A stretch of 64,000 bases of DNA. Source: Klebsormidium nitens (taxonomy: Eukaryota; Plantae; Klebsormidiophyceae). The notes below the pieces were generated by a model. That model had not been told where the DNA came from, searched no databases, and saw only the letters and a list, made by a program, of their open reading frames with translations. This document shows positions 1-11,959 of the stretch, one piece after another; position 1 is the first letter of the stretch, and every line of letters begins with the position of its first letter. The translations under genes and the position numbers were made by a program. The stretch is taken from positions 62,001 through 126,000 of the forward strand of contig DF237032.1 of assembly GCA_000708835.1 (NCBI GenBank), written 5' to 3'.

Positions 1-3000
1 CGAGCGCCGACCCTCCAAGTCTCGCCCCCTCCGCTAACGTCGTCAATCTGCCCCGCGTTCTTCCCCCCTCTTTCCCCGCTACCCACGTGTCCTGATACAG
101 CGGGTCCTCGCCCCCCCCGCTCACTGACGCATCTTCATCCGACGCCGCGGTGCTCCCGTCCACCGACCCTTCCTCCGGCTCCCCCCCCTGCTCCGCTGGC
201 TCGTCGCTCAGCTCCCTCCCCCCCCCCGCTGCGCTCCTCCTCTTCCTCCCCCCCCTCGTCGTCGTCCTCCGACTCCCCGACCCGCCCCCGGTTCTCCAGC
301 CCATACATCAACGCGCGTTCCACGCTCCTGCCGAGGCTGCTTCCGGCGCTCCCAATCCGCCCGGATCCTTGCGGAACGTCGACAAATGCGTCTCCGCCCG
401 CCCCCCAGGAGGTGCTACCGGGCCACTCGGTCGGGACGGAGGGCCCGGGTGACTGGTGACTCGTTGGCGGAAGAGGGTTGTCCTCGTGCAACGCGGCGAG
501 CAGGCTGCGCAAACAATCAATAACTTTAAAGTGAGCCTGGCAAGCGCGCTTGTACGCTTTCGACAGCTGAGTTGGATTTGAAGAGCGGCTAACAGCTGGC
601 CTCTTCAAGTCGGCCTAAGGACCCAGTCTCACTGTCCCGCTTTAAATGTTCGACGCCCGCGGAAACCACAAAAGCGGGAAGCTTTGACGGACGGCGTCAC
701 TGAAAGCTGACGGCGCCACTACCCTGGCCAATAAGCTCTCAGAACGGAATGGCAATTCTGTACGGACAACCGGAGCCGTCTGATGAAAGTACAGGCGCGT
801 TGCAACGCCCAACGTGAATCAAAGTCGAGACGAGACCTCTAGATCGATGAATCGGGCAGCGGCTTGCCTGTAGCCGGTTACTCGTCTTGGCTGCTCTTAA
901 CCACTAATGCTAACCCAACCCGGCCCGTGGCATAGTTCCAGCTATTCAAAATTTTGTATCTAAGAACCTTTGTTCTCACCTGCGGGAAGAGCCTTTGCGG
1001 CGGATCAGGCGCAGCATGCCCTTGGAGCCGACGGTCGAGTACTGCGCGACTGCGGCCTCGTACTCCGAGAAAACGACGCGCGCCGTGTTTGTTGCCGCGT
1101 CCAGGAGCGGCTCGCCCGCCTCGCGGCGGCGGACGGAGCTGGGGGAAAAAAGTCAAACTTTCAGAAAAGTCGTGCTAAAGTGATCTTGGGAAAAGGATGG
1201 GAGTAGATTGGAGAGGAATTGCGTGTCTTCTCTTCGTTTGACAGTGACGAAAGAGAGTGGACTTGTTAGTGAAGGAGTGTGGCTATATCCAGGAAAATAA
1301 CGAGGCATGGAACCTTTCGAGAAACTACGCACGGGTGTGGCACCATCAGGGTGGGAGAGCAGCGGACCATTGACAGCAGTCTGCCAACTTGAATAACGTT
1401 GCTTGCCACGAACTGACAAGTGGAGAGGAGTGACTGGTTGGCGAAGACGTGACCAAGCAGACTCAAAGTTTGTTGTAGACAGTAAACAGATTCTCCTGCA
1501 GTCCGCTTCCTGGTGTCGGCTGTCCCTCAAAAGGCTTTCTGCAAACTTTCGTATGTCCTGTATACCTAAATTGCCTCACGTGAGGTTCGCAAAAGAAAAC
1601 CGTCGTTAAGCAACTTCTTTAAAGAGGCGGATATTTCCGCAACCAGTTCCTGCCTGAGAAGAAGCTGACCGAAAGACTCCAAGTCGAGTCCCTTGCAAGC
1701 GCGCAAGCCCCCGCTTACCTAAACACCGTAGCATGGATCGCCGCAACGCTCCTGTCCACGTTCGTGTTATTAACCTTCGGCACGAGGTGCTTGTCCGCGC
1801 GCTTCCGCAGATAGTCCTGGATCGCCCGTATGTTCCGCATGTACTTCACGTACTTGTTCCGCCGCGGATCGAGCGTCATGTACTTCGCGCGCACCGCCAT
1901 GCGCTCCAAATGCTTCGCCTCGTTGCTGATGTACACCAGAAACGGCACGATGCTCGCGTGCCGCGCCATGAGCCCCATCACAAAGTTCAAGCTCAAATGC
2001 ACGCCTTCGATAACGAGGCTTTCCCCCCGCGCCTCATACGAGCTGATCAACCGGTCCAGGTTTTCCATAACCATCTCGCTCTGCGCCTTATACCCCTTGA
2101 TCGTCATCTGGCGCTGCGTCACGCCTAACCCCCCCTCGTCCTCCTTTTCCCCCTCGACACTGCTCATGCGCTGAAGCCCTTTGCCGCTGCTCGTACGGAC
2201 AACTAGAGCGGGGTCGAGGCACTCCCCCGCGTGGTACGTTGAAGCCCAGAGGAGCGGACTCTGCTCCTGGGAAACGAAGCTGCGCATCATGTGGCGGATA
2301 GAGTCGGTGGAAACAACGGTGGTTATTCCGAGGCGGCTGGCGAGAAGTGCGGCGAGCGTGGACTTGCCGCACCCGCTCGTGCCGCACAGGAGCACCGTCA
2401 TGCTCGTGCGCCGCTCGCGCAACCTGCAAGAAGAGTGGGGGCACGATTTCAACGAATCATGGGCTACAAACCTGGCAGTCATTTTGGAAGCACTCCCGAT
2501 CATCCAATCCAACATTACCAGAGCAGGAAGGAGCCACTCTGCCACCTCTAGTTGATCGAGTAGTAGCTGATTGGCTTTATCACAGTCTTTCCAGATTGAA
2601 ACCGAAGATTTTCCGAACCAGCATCCTGCTAGAGCTTTAAGGGTATTGATTTAGCGAGCCTCCTCCTGTAGTTGTGGACTTGCAGAGATAAAGGAGCTGG
2701 TGGCTCGGAGTCCGACTCTTCAAAGGGATCCCTTTGTGGGTCCCGCCAGTGCGTTAACTTTTGCACCTTGGCTAACAGCTGACCATCATTGGAAGTATGG
2801 ACTGAATCAAAAGGCCCCATTGAGAGGGATCCCTCTTGATGATCTGAAGTGACTGGCTGCAGACAAAGCAACCGCTTGCAGGTGGTAAAGGCTTCAGTCG
2901 GAGCAACGATCACAAAGAGTCAGGGGGTACAAACGGTCTTTTCGAGTTGAGATGAGGATTGCCAGATGAAAAGGTAAAGATGTCACTGTCATTTAACCAA

Positions 3001-4343
3001 TTCGGAGTAGGCCGTTGCTCTATCGTGTAATCCAAACGAAAAAGAAATTGCACAAAATTTTTCAAATCTCTGTCCGCTAGAACATCAATCGGGTGCCTGA
3101 AACTCCTCCTATTGTTCTTTCAACATGTACAGAAGTCAGCGTTCGCTTGCCTGCAAGCTAGCTGGAAGTCCTGGCGCTGTGTAGCATTGGTGTATCCAAA
3201 CTGGCGCAGCAGCGAACAGACCGCCACCTCAAAGTCGGCCCGCCGCATCCAAATTGTGGGCCCCTCGCGCCGGAGCACCGTCCAGGAGGGAGAGGGATCC
3301 CCCTCAGTCGGCTCCCCTGGGGCCTCTGGCGGGGGGGAGCTTCGGGACGAGGCGGGTTCTGAAGGTAGCCCCTCAAAGTAGACCTGAATGAGGGGGTAGT
3401 GGTGTCATGGGCAGCTGAGACAAAAACACTGAAAAGAAGAAATGCAGATAATTGTCACACACTGTGACAAATATGCACTCGTACACATCAACTCTAAAAA
3501 CTCTCATTGCTTATTGATGTCTTATTGTCTTTTCTTCGTGCCGTCCATTTTTGAGGCTGGTCTGTTGCTGTGGGGTACATTTGCCCGACGCTCCAACTCG
3601 CTGTTTCTTCCTTACCAGCTCAGATATGCAATGTCTCATCCTAGAACACATAGTCTGTGAACATCACCTCAACAAAACTCTTAGTCAACTTTCCCCAAAC
3701 AACATAGTCTTCACACCTTGTGCTTCGCGTGTGTGTCCCCGTTTTGTTCACTCTCCCCGACCGCTTCAGTCTCTGGGGCCCCGTTGTTCTCGTCCGCGTC
3801 TGGTCCAGGAACGCCCGCGAGCCACTTCCCTTTCCGAAGACGCGCATGGAAGCTGGGCGTTCGCAACTGCTCAACGGTAGAGACCTTCGCAAGATAGTCG
3901 ACTTTCTGCACTGCCCCCAAACCGTTGAACCCCGCCAATTGCCCCTCACGTTCGCTATCAAGGGTTCGAACCCTCAAGACATGGCCATTTGCTATGGCAC
4001 CGGCTTTGTCCTGACCTTGGTCTTCCCTTCTTAAGAACGGATGCGGTCTTTTGCTTGGTGAATGCGACTCGCTGTTTCTCTGTGGGGCAATCTGCACATT
4101 GCAATTGGCTCCACTCTCTGTCCACTGGCTTTCTCCTCCATGCTTTGGCCATTCCCCTGCAGTATCGAGCAACTTAAATAAACGCTGTGTGATCTTGTGT
4201 GCATAGCGCACTTTCACGCCCATCAGCGTCAACACCATCTGTAGCATGGGGCGGGCATACTGGGGGCCAGACTTGGAAGAAGTGCTGCCATTTGAGTCCT
4301 GGAGCAATATGTACAACACGGGGTCCCCCTCCTGCTCCCCCAT
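1..4343 (-). CDS. LPA1: P-loop NTPase domain protein LPA1-like (2-phosphoglycerate kinase-related); 3' end runs off the window
   Basis: Phase-consistent exons: 4343-3717, 3383-3151, 2423-1719, 1138-980, 504-<1. Walker A motif [12 protein letters not shown] plus [23 protein letters not shown] and [16 protein letters not shown], all matching the plant LPA1 family as I recall it. Intron 2 has a GC donor at 3150. The last exon appears to change frame at the C10 run 218-227. Confidence 0.9.
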
Positions 4344-4740
4344 TATCACTCTCTAAGTACACACTTCGAAAGATTTCAAGGCTCCTAACACCGACAGCCC
4401 CAGAACTCCCTCAACCTCTGCGGAGAGCTCTCCTGGAAGCATGACAACCAGTTTCTTGCAGAATTGAGGCTCGTCATGAGCTGAATTCCCAAAGAGTTTG
4501 ACACTTGGGGCCTCCAATTGAAGGAAGCGAGCACAGGCGCCATTGCCAGTACTTGCAACCTGCACAGGCTGCAGCTAGGTAGAATGCACAGGAAATTCTC
4601 ATTGTAAAAGGCTACATGCAGGCTTCAGAGCGATCTGCGCGCGCGCTTGGCTCGCAACCGCAGCGACGGTTCCGGAGGCACATGCATGTCAAGGAACATA
4701 CGCGACGGAACGGAACTGCCGGACGGGCGCGCCTGTGTGC

Positions 4741-4800
4741 GGCACGCCGCGGCCGGGCGCTAGCTGCGCCGCGCGTGTATACCTAGTACGTACGTACCTA
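4741..4800. other. Composite intergenic motif (GCGGCCGG ... GTATAC-TA-TACGT)
   Basis: CGCGGCCGGGC at 4748 and GTATACCTAGTACGTAC at 4777. The same order and orientation recur at 46874/46935 and 55420/55505. Confidence 0.5.
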
Positions 4801-5908
4801 CTTGGAGAGTCGACATGTGATGATGTATAATAGGACGATCGACAAACATACTGGAAGATTCAGCTATGTAATCCTGGTGCAAGAACTTGCAATAGTCGTC
4901 GATGGCGAGAAGAAGCTGAGTGTCATGGGAATCATTCACTAGACCTGCATTTTCATGATCGATCCTTTGCTACCATAGCATGTATGAGTGCAGGACATAA
5001 GGTCAGATAGAGCCTATCTTCGTATATGGCCGCGATGCAAATGCTACTGCTACAGTACCCACGGTGGCTTGTCACATTTGCAAAAGACAACTTTGACAAC
5101 TGGTGGCAACGCCCAGAAAAGGTATCAGATTCGCACCTTCTAAACACGACTGTTAATATTGAATCAGGGAGGTTCGAGAGGCACCCAACTTGTTTTGTGA
5201 ACGTACTACAATTGGTATACCTATACCTTAGGTTGCCAGCCAGTAAGCTGTAACTATCGACTCGTTACCTGTTTGACCACCAGTCGGCTTGGTGGGGGTA
5301 CGGTGCTCCATGCCGCACGAATCGCTTCTGAAACATGGTTCAAAGCGGATCAACTTCCTTCGCTAATGCATCCAATTTTTGCATCCATTACTGCCCTGCC
5401 TCTTTCACCATTTCAGACATCAAGGAGTAGCCCCGATTGAGCAACCAGAACCCTGACAAAGTTTTTTGAAAATCGACCATTCTCTTTAAAATGCAAGACA
5501 CGATGTCGACAGTCCAAAAGACTTCCTCTGAGCAGGCACTCAGTTCTAAAGTGCCAGCAGATGCGAGGACTTCGCACCGAGTGCTTTACCAAATGTGTCC
5601 GGTACTCAGCAGGAAAAGCAGACAGACGACCGTTCATGAAAAGAAACTCACTTTTGAGAACCAGATTGTGTCTTAGCCAGGTCACAGAACCAAAACCGGG
5701 TCACACAACTGAGCTAGAGGGAGCAGCACCAAGTCGGAAAGTGAACGAACCACAGAGTCTATGCCAAATCAAACTGATTGTTGCAAGAAACTTTCTATTT
5801 ACTCCTTCAGGAAGAAAGACAAACGCACCAGATGTTTCACTCGGTTGAGCCACGGTTCGACCTTCACTCGCGGCGCATGAGCCCGGCAGTGCGCAGGCGC
5901 CGAGACAA

Positions 5909-7698
5909 TCACGCGCTGCGGATGATGAAGAGCAACGTCTCCAGCAGCATCCCCAGCATGATGCCCACCACGCCGCCCAGCTGGTGCTGCAAAAACGACG
6001 TGGACGCAGCTCCGTCAGCCACGTGGCAGCTCGAGAGCGGTGGAGTACTGCCCGGCACCGTGAGACCATGCGCAGCCTGACTCGTTCTCCGCATGAGAAA
6101 GACATCAAACAAAGACGGGGGAAAAGTAGATTCTATCAGACCCACTTATGATCCGCTATCGCGTTGCGCGAGGACCGAAGATTGGAACGATTAGCCGGGA
6201 GTCTTCGGACTTTGGGAGTCCCCTCATGGAACAGGTCCGATATCGGTTGCCCTGCAAAGCTCTTGTGCACATCCGCTGTGGAGGAATGTCTTCATGAAGT
6301 GTCATAATGTGTCCATGGACGAAAAGTGTAAAGAAGGTTGCACGGGCTGCTTAGGCGAGCGAGGGACGTTTGTGAAATCTATACGGGGCAGCATGGGAGT
6401 CCTCACCAGCGTGTAGTCGTGAGGGAAGAGTGCTCGCAGGAAGTAGTATCCGCAGGCATAGCCCGTGCCCATGGTAAATATGACGTGGAGACCTGCAAAC
6501 ACGACCACAGAAGCCGTCAGGCAACTCAAAATGGTCGGAAAGAACTCTTGAATCGAGACTCGGTGATCTCCAACCCTTGCGATGTTGTCTGGACGATCAG
6601 AGCGGATCCCTCGAAATGTTCAGCTTCAAGATCAATGCTTTGCACGGTGTAAACTCTCTCTCGAAAATAAGGACTTTGGTCACAGTAAGTAAAGGGCGCC
6701 GTCACACAAGCTCGACGAACGAGCGAACTCGTTGACCTGCCTGACTTGGTTCGTGCGCCCGAGTTCAAGTTAGCCAAGAGCAGCGAGGTTCGAACTTCAA
6801 AGGATCGGTATCTACAGCGATCTAGAACCTAAACTTTGGCAATCAACACATGGTAAGGCCTCAACATGAAACTGAAAGGGACTTTGCACAACTTCAAATC
6901 CTTCCTCAAAGAGCTGCCAACTCTGTTGTAAGGCTCACCCAGACCCAGCTGCTCCTTGTATGTTGCAAACGGCACCCGTTCCGCCTCCTCCCTCTGCTTT
7001 TTAGTCACATCCCGGACCAGCTCCGCATACTCGCGTTCTTCCGCCTCGGTGCGCAGCTTCGCTAAGCGAGCCTCCAAGGCCTTGCTCTGTGTGGGACCAC
7101 GTTGAGTTGTCAGTCAACAATCCGATCAAAGCTCAGCCAAAAGTCCCGCCGATGCTGCTTCAAATGTCGCGATGGCAGAATCCCCTGGGGTTGTATACAT
7201 ACCTTTCGCACGTCGAGCATATACAGATGAGAAGAGTTTCGTGGAGCCGAGAGCTCTGCTTTAAGGAGTTCACTTAGAGCCATCATTGTCAACCAGATAG
7301 AGATCTATCACGGATTTTGGATCCAAACGAAAGCGCTCGTTATACCTCTCATTATTCAGAAATATTCAGACATATCCAGACATCATGAAGCCACACAATT
7401 TGCAAGGCTTTCTCACCCGTTGGCGGGGTGGTGGGCTGACTAGGTGAGGACTGGCCCCCTGAAGCACCTGATGCAGATACGGCCCAGCCCTATCCTTCTC
7501 CTCTTCCCGAAGACTCTGGCAAAGTGTGCGCAGCAAAGGGTAGGGCACTAGGGCGGAATCGTCATCCAGGAGCGGAACAAGCTGAGCGCCAATGTCAGAG
7601 GGTAGGGAGGAGAGGACGATGGCGTCTGAGAGCAGGCTGCGAGTGAGAGAGGCAACATGAGAGACTTGGCGCTGTGATATGTGCCAGTGTGAAGACAT
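5909..7698 (-). CDS. VMA12: V-ATPase assembly factor VMA12/TMEM199 family
   Basis: Exons 7698-7417, 7086-6939, 6492-6407, 5986-5909, all GT-AG and phase-consistent. Motifs PPPRQRSKALEARLAKL, EREYAELVRDV, PFATYKEQLGLGLHVIFTM and two TM helices ending LLETLLFII. The start codon is uncertain. Confidence 0.85.
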
Positions 7699-8642
7699 GG
7701 ACTCCTAACTGCCAAACATGCTGATTGAGTAACTGAGAAAGGGGCAGAGCGCCCAATGTTTTGAAACACCTGAAGACGTTAGCAAGTGCATTGAATAAGA
7801 GATGAACTGTTGAGTGTGACAGTCAACGCTCAGAGCTGTCATCAGCTTGCCTACTGCGGGTACGCATTGTACCACTTAAAGTATGAAGACCTGCAAGTGC
7901 AAAGAGATGAACTATCTCGGAACTTCCATTACAAGCAGCTGATACAAGATCATTCACATGGGGTGAGAGCCTCCGGCAAACGATGCTATAGATCTTGCGG
8001 TGGTGCATGAGGAGCTCTCATGCAATTGGCACTTACTCGCGGATCTTTGGAGTCTGCTTGAAGACGAGGCCCTTCGATTCCGCCATTCTTCTCCCAGGCG
8101 TTGAATACAAGCACAATTGCTCGCCCTCAAAGGGAAAGGTGAAGCGCCACCAGTTCTTTCCGAGTGCCACAGATCAATCAAAGCCAACGTAAGTCGCCGT
8201 ATCCGCGACGCGCCACAGAACGATCAGCAGGTCCCATCTGACAGCATTGATGCCAAAGGAAGGGGTCACAGAGGACAGGGGCTCCCGGCATAGTGGCCAC
8301 TCCTTGCCAACCAGCCGCCCAAATTGGCGTTGCTGATTCACAGTTTCTGCAAATTCAGTATGGTGGCAAGCATGTGATCAGGCCTGTAACCTTGCTGTTG
8401 GATATCTCCCCTCGGTTGACACTCCCGGTGTCAGAGGTCACCCCAAGCGGGTGTCTGAAGTGGCCGGTTCACCTTCTCCAAGTATAAATTCCAGACAAAA
8501 TTTGTCAGACCCGATTCTCTAAACTCACCCTTCAAAGTTTCAACGTGGAGATTGTCCTGAAAAGTGGTGGTGCGCGTTCACAGACAGTTCATTGTTTCTC
8601 AGAGTCAGAGTCAGGGAGACGCTGCGTTTCTATCCCAATGTC

Positions 8643-11061
8643 ATGATGGCCGACTCTGGTAGAGACGGGGCAAGCAACGAGGAAGACATCCTGACTTTGT
8701 TCGAAGGCTTTCGTGGTGAATTGGAGGCCAGCAATGCTGTCCGTGAGGAGATCAAAGCGGTCAGTCAGAGCATGGATGCCGAGACCCGCAAGATGCAGGC
8801 GGCACTGATGGGGATTCATGCGGGGACGGATGAAGCAGGTTAGTGCCAATGAAGTTAATCTCTGTTTCCTTGGGCAGGGTCTCACTTTGCTATAAGGTTT
8901 GCTTGGCCCTGATTGAAAGGGTGGTGCATCGTTGGGGTAGCTCAATTCTGGGCTCTACGAGGTCAAAGAGGCAGAATTGCACTTGAGTACAACATATGCA
9001 TGGCTGCCACCTCTCTTTACACAGTGATTGGTCCGATTGAAACAGTTCGTCCAGATGCCAGCTTGGGCGTACGTTATTCTCAAGCGTTATTATTCGTCAA
9101 CTGATTGACCTGTAACCTTCATGACTTTCCGCTCAGATGGCTATTGCTTTTTCCTTAACATATCCTAATCACTTTCTACTGATCACAATACTGATGATGA
9201 ATAGTTCAAGTCATGACTGGCTATTCAACTTTCACCCTTTGCAACATTGTCGCAATCAACGTTTCATTTGGGAGAGCTTTGAATGTGAGCTTCTTGACTT
9301 TCCAGTGGCAAGTGCGGTTGCGAAAGTCCGCGAGCACCTAGAGCCCCTGCGCACCCTGAATGCTCAACTGGCGGCGATCATGAAGCAGCACCCAGGGCAG
9401 TACTACAGGTAGGCTGCGGCGATCCTGGCGAGTGACGCTCTTTTTAAAACCTCACCGTATGTCTCCTTCTGTTTCGCGCAGTCGCTTGTACATGATCACA
9501 GTGGCCAATGAAGACTTTGAAGAGCAGTGTACTGGCTAACCTCTTTCTTTCACTGTCCTGTGGAAAAGTGGCACAAGTGGCACGAAGAATTTCACCAATC
9601 CTATGCTCCTAATTCCCCAGGTATCATGACATCTGGCGGCACGTCCACACCAGCTGTGCTTTTCTAGTGGCGTTTGTGCACTGGCTGGAACACGGGACGC
9701 TGCTGACGCACGCACAAGTGGAGTCCGAGCTTCAATGTGAGTCCCCCCCTGGCCCTGCATGACTGGGAAAGTTTCGACGAGGTTATTTTGACCAGGTTTA
9801 TCACGTTTGGGAGATTTTTTGCCAGTGACGGATATTCAGAGTGACACGTTGATATTCTGTATGGACCCATGAGGGCAGCCCAGTTCTTCTTGAAGTTAAA
9901 ACTCATTAATTCACACACAGTTTCAGCTCCCTGCCGGAAAACGCCGCAGGGCATTTTCTTATTGTGTCTGTGATTGTTTGTTCTGTGTTGGTCGGCAGAT
10001 TGGGCCAATAGGGATGCAACTAATGCCGTTACGTGTCTTGCATCATCTGAAGATTGCGAAGACGCAAGACCTTTTACACATCCCTGACGTCAGTGTCATC
10101 TCTCCTCTTCAGTGCGGCATGAGGAGTTCGGGATAGACCTGGAGGACTACCTCGTGGGGGTATGCAGCGTCTCCAATGAAATGGTGCGTTGTCCCGCCTT
10201 CTTCCCCTCAGTCGTCATACTTTAGCAGCGATTGAAGCTTGACAGCTTGAATCCCTGGTGAGAAACCGGTGCACAGGAGCCGGCAAAAGCTGCCAATCAT
10301 TTTGGGCTATCGCAACCATTAGATTTCGCACCAGCTGGACTTGCTAATCTCTTCGCTTGAACTCTAGGTCCTGTGGTCCCGACTTCGAGACAGGTGCATG
10401 CTTCCAGCTTGCTGCCTTCCGTTCCAGAAACATCCTTTGTTTGCACAATTGGCTTGTCATCTTATTCGTCCTTCCCGTGCAGCCCCGCTACGTGGTCAAC
10501 CGGGTCACAGCTGGCGACTATGACTGTCCGGCCAAGGTGGCGTCTTTTCTTAGCGACCTATACGCAGCCTTTAGGCTGCTAAACCTGCGAAATGACTTCC
10601 TCCGGAAAAGATTCGACGGTGAGTAAAAACTTCGATATGAATCTGTTCGAGAGAACTCTTCAGAAGTCTCAAACACGATTGCCGCCGCCACTGTTTCTTG
10701 TGGGCTTACAAGGATTCGCTCGTGCCCTCCGCTCTTATCGTGTACTCTCGTTGTCTTGCAAGCAATCAGAAGTGCCTGATTAGAACTTATCGAAAATGTC
10801 TGGTTAGCTTTCTCGTTTCCTCGATCTTGGTTCTTGCAAGCAATCGACACTGTCTGGTTAGAATCTCGATGCTAGCTATGTATGCACAACGCAATACTCG
10901 CTTCCGGGACAGGTGGGTCCATAGCTTACTCATGAAGCACTTTGTCGTCATGCAATTTGTTCCTTGCGATTCCAGGCCTCAAGTATGATTTGAAGCGAGT
11001 CGAGGAGGTGCTATACGACGTCAAAATACGAGGGCTGCAGTCTCGAAGTCAGCCCGGATGA
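8643..11061 (+). CDS. TSN: Translin
   Basis: Exons 8643-8838, 9306-9408, 9621-9736, 10113-10183, 10483-10618, 10976-11061, phases checked. Motifs PGQYYRYHDIW, FGIDLEDYLVGVC, PRYVVNRVTAGDY and LNLRNDFLRKRFDGLKYDLKRVEEVLYDVKIRGL. Confidence 0.95.
10754..10861. repeat. Short direct duplication in translin intron 5
   Basis: TCTTGCAAGCAATC at 10754 and 10832; TGTCTGGTTAG at 10797 and 10851. Confidence 0.8.
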
Positions 11062-11959
11062 TTGTCGTCCTTGTGTAGATAGAGAGGACGTTAGTGCGGA
11101 GTGGAAAGGGAAAGAGGACGGACCATCATGACACTGATACCCTCGTGCGCGCACCTTTTCACAGCGCAAGTATTAGTCAGCCGGCATAAGCAGCTGGTGA
11201 TAGTCCAACATGTGGCAAAGTCACATACACGCATGTTTAGAAACGACCTCCTAGCTACACAAAGCCTGCAGGAGATTTGGACAACATGACTAGGACTCAC
11301 GTAACGAATGATACAGCTTGATTTAGCTATTCATACTTGCATCCAGATTGGTCTCATGCACAGTCCGATCCGCGTGGCGCCGCGCTGGCAGATCATTGCA
11401 TCTTCGTTTGCAGTCCACTGAGCGATCGAACAAAATCTATGTCAAACTTAGCCTAATTGTAAATATAAGCTAGTACTAAGGGCGATCATTGTAGAGGCCG
11501 GCCATATGCACGTACAGCTCATGATATGTACGTACACGCGCGTACTAGTGATGCATCATGTTGCATTGAATATAATTATGGCAATTAATAGGGCCGGTTA
11601 ATTGAATATACTAGCCTCAAACCTTGAAAGCGCCCGGCCCATGCATGGAATGGTGCGTGGCCAGCTCCGCCTCGGCTCCCAGATGCGACGGTCCCGTTCG
11701 AAGGGCATCTGCATAAAGTTCGTATGCCAACGCTATAGGCTGGCATGCAAATTTCAACATCTGATATGGCCGATTGCTTAAGTAATTGGGCGTCACGGTG
11801 CTCAAAGTCATTATACTCCTTTTAACCATCAAACACAGACACAAATAAAGTCCTGTCATGCCGTTACCTTAATCCTCGCCTATACGGGTCGGGCCAAGCT
11901 GGACCCCTTTTTATGAGAATCTTTGCGAACCGGTCGCTCTAAGCTAGCCCTCCAGGGGT

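Noticed and set aside
3961-3974. AGGGTTCGAACCCT, a 14-bp palindrome with a tRNA T-loop-like GTTCGAA
   Set aside because: It lies inside LPA1 exon 1, and no cloverleaf or A-box is present. Other GGTTCGA sites (near 5855, 6787 and 43105) also lack tRNA structure.
9850-9885. WAALMGPYRI in minus ORF 9664-10008, resembling the GPY/F motif of retroelement integrases
   Set aside because: It lacks the downstream (V/F)HVSxLK pattern and any integrase core, so it is probably chance.
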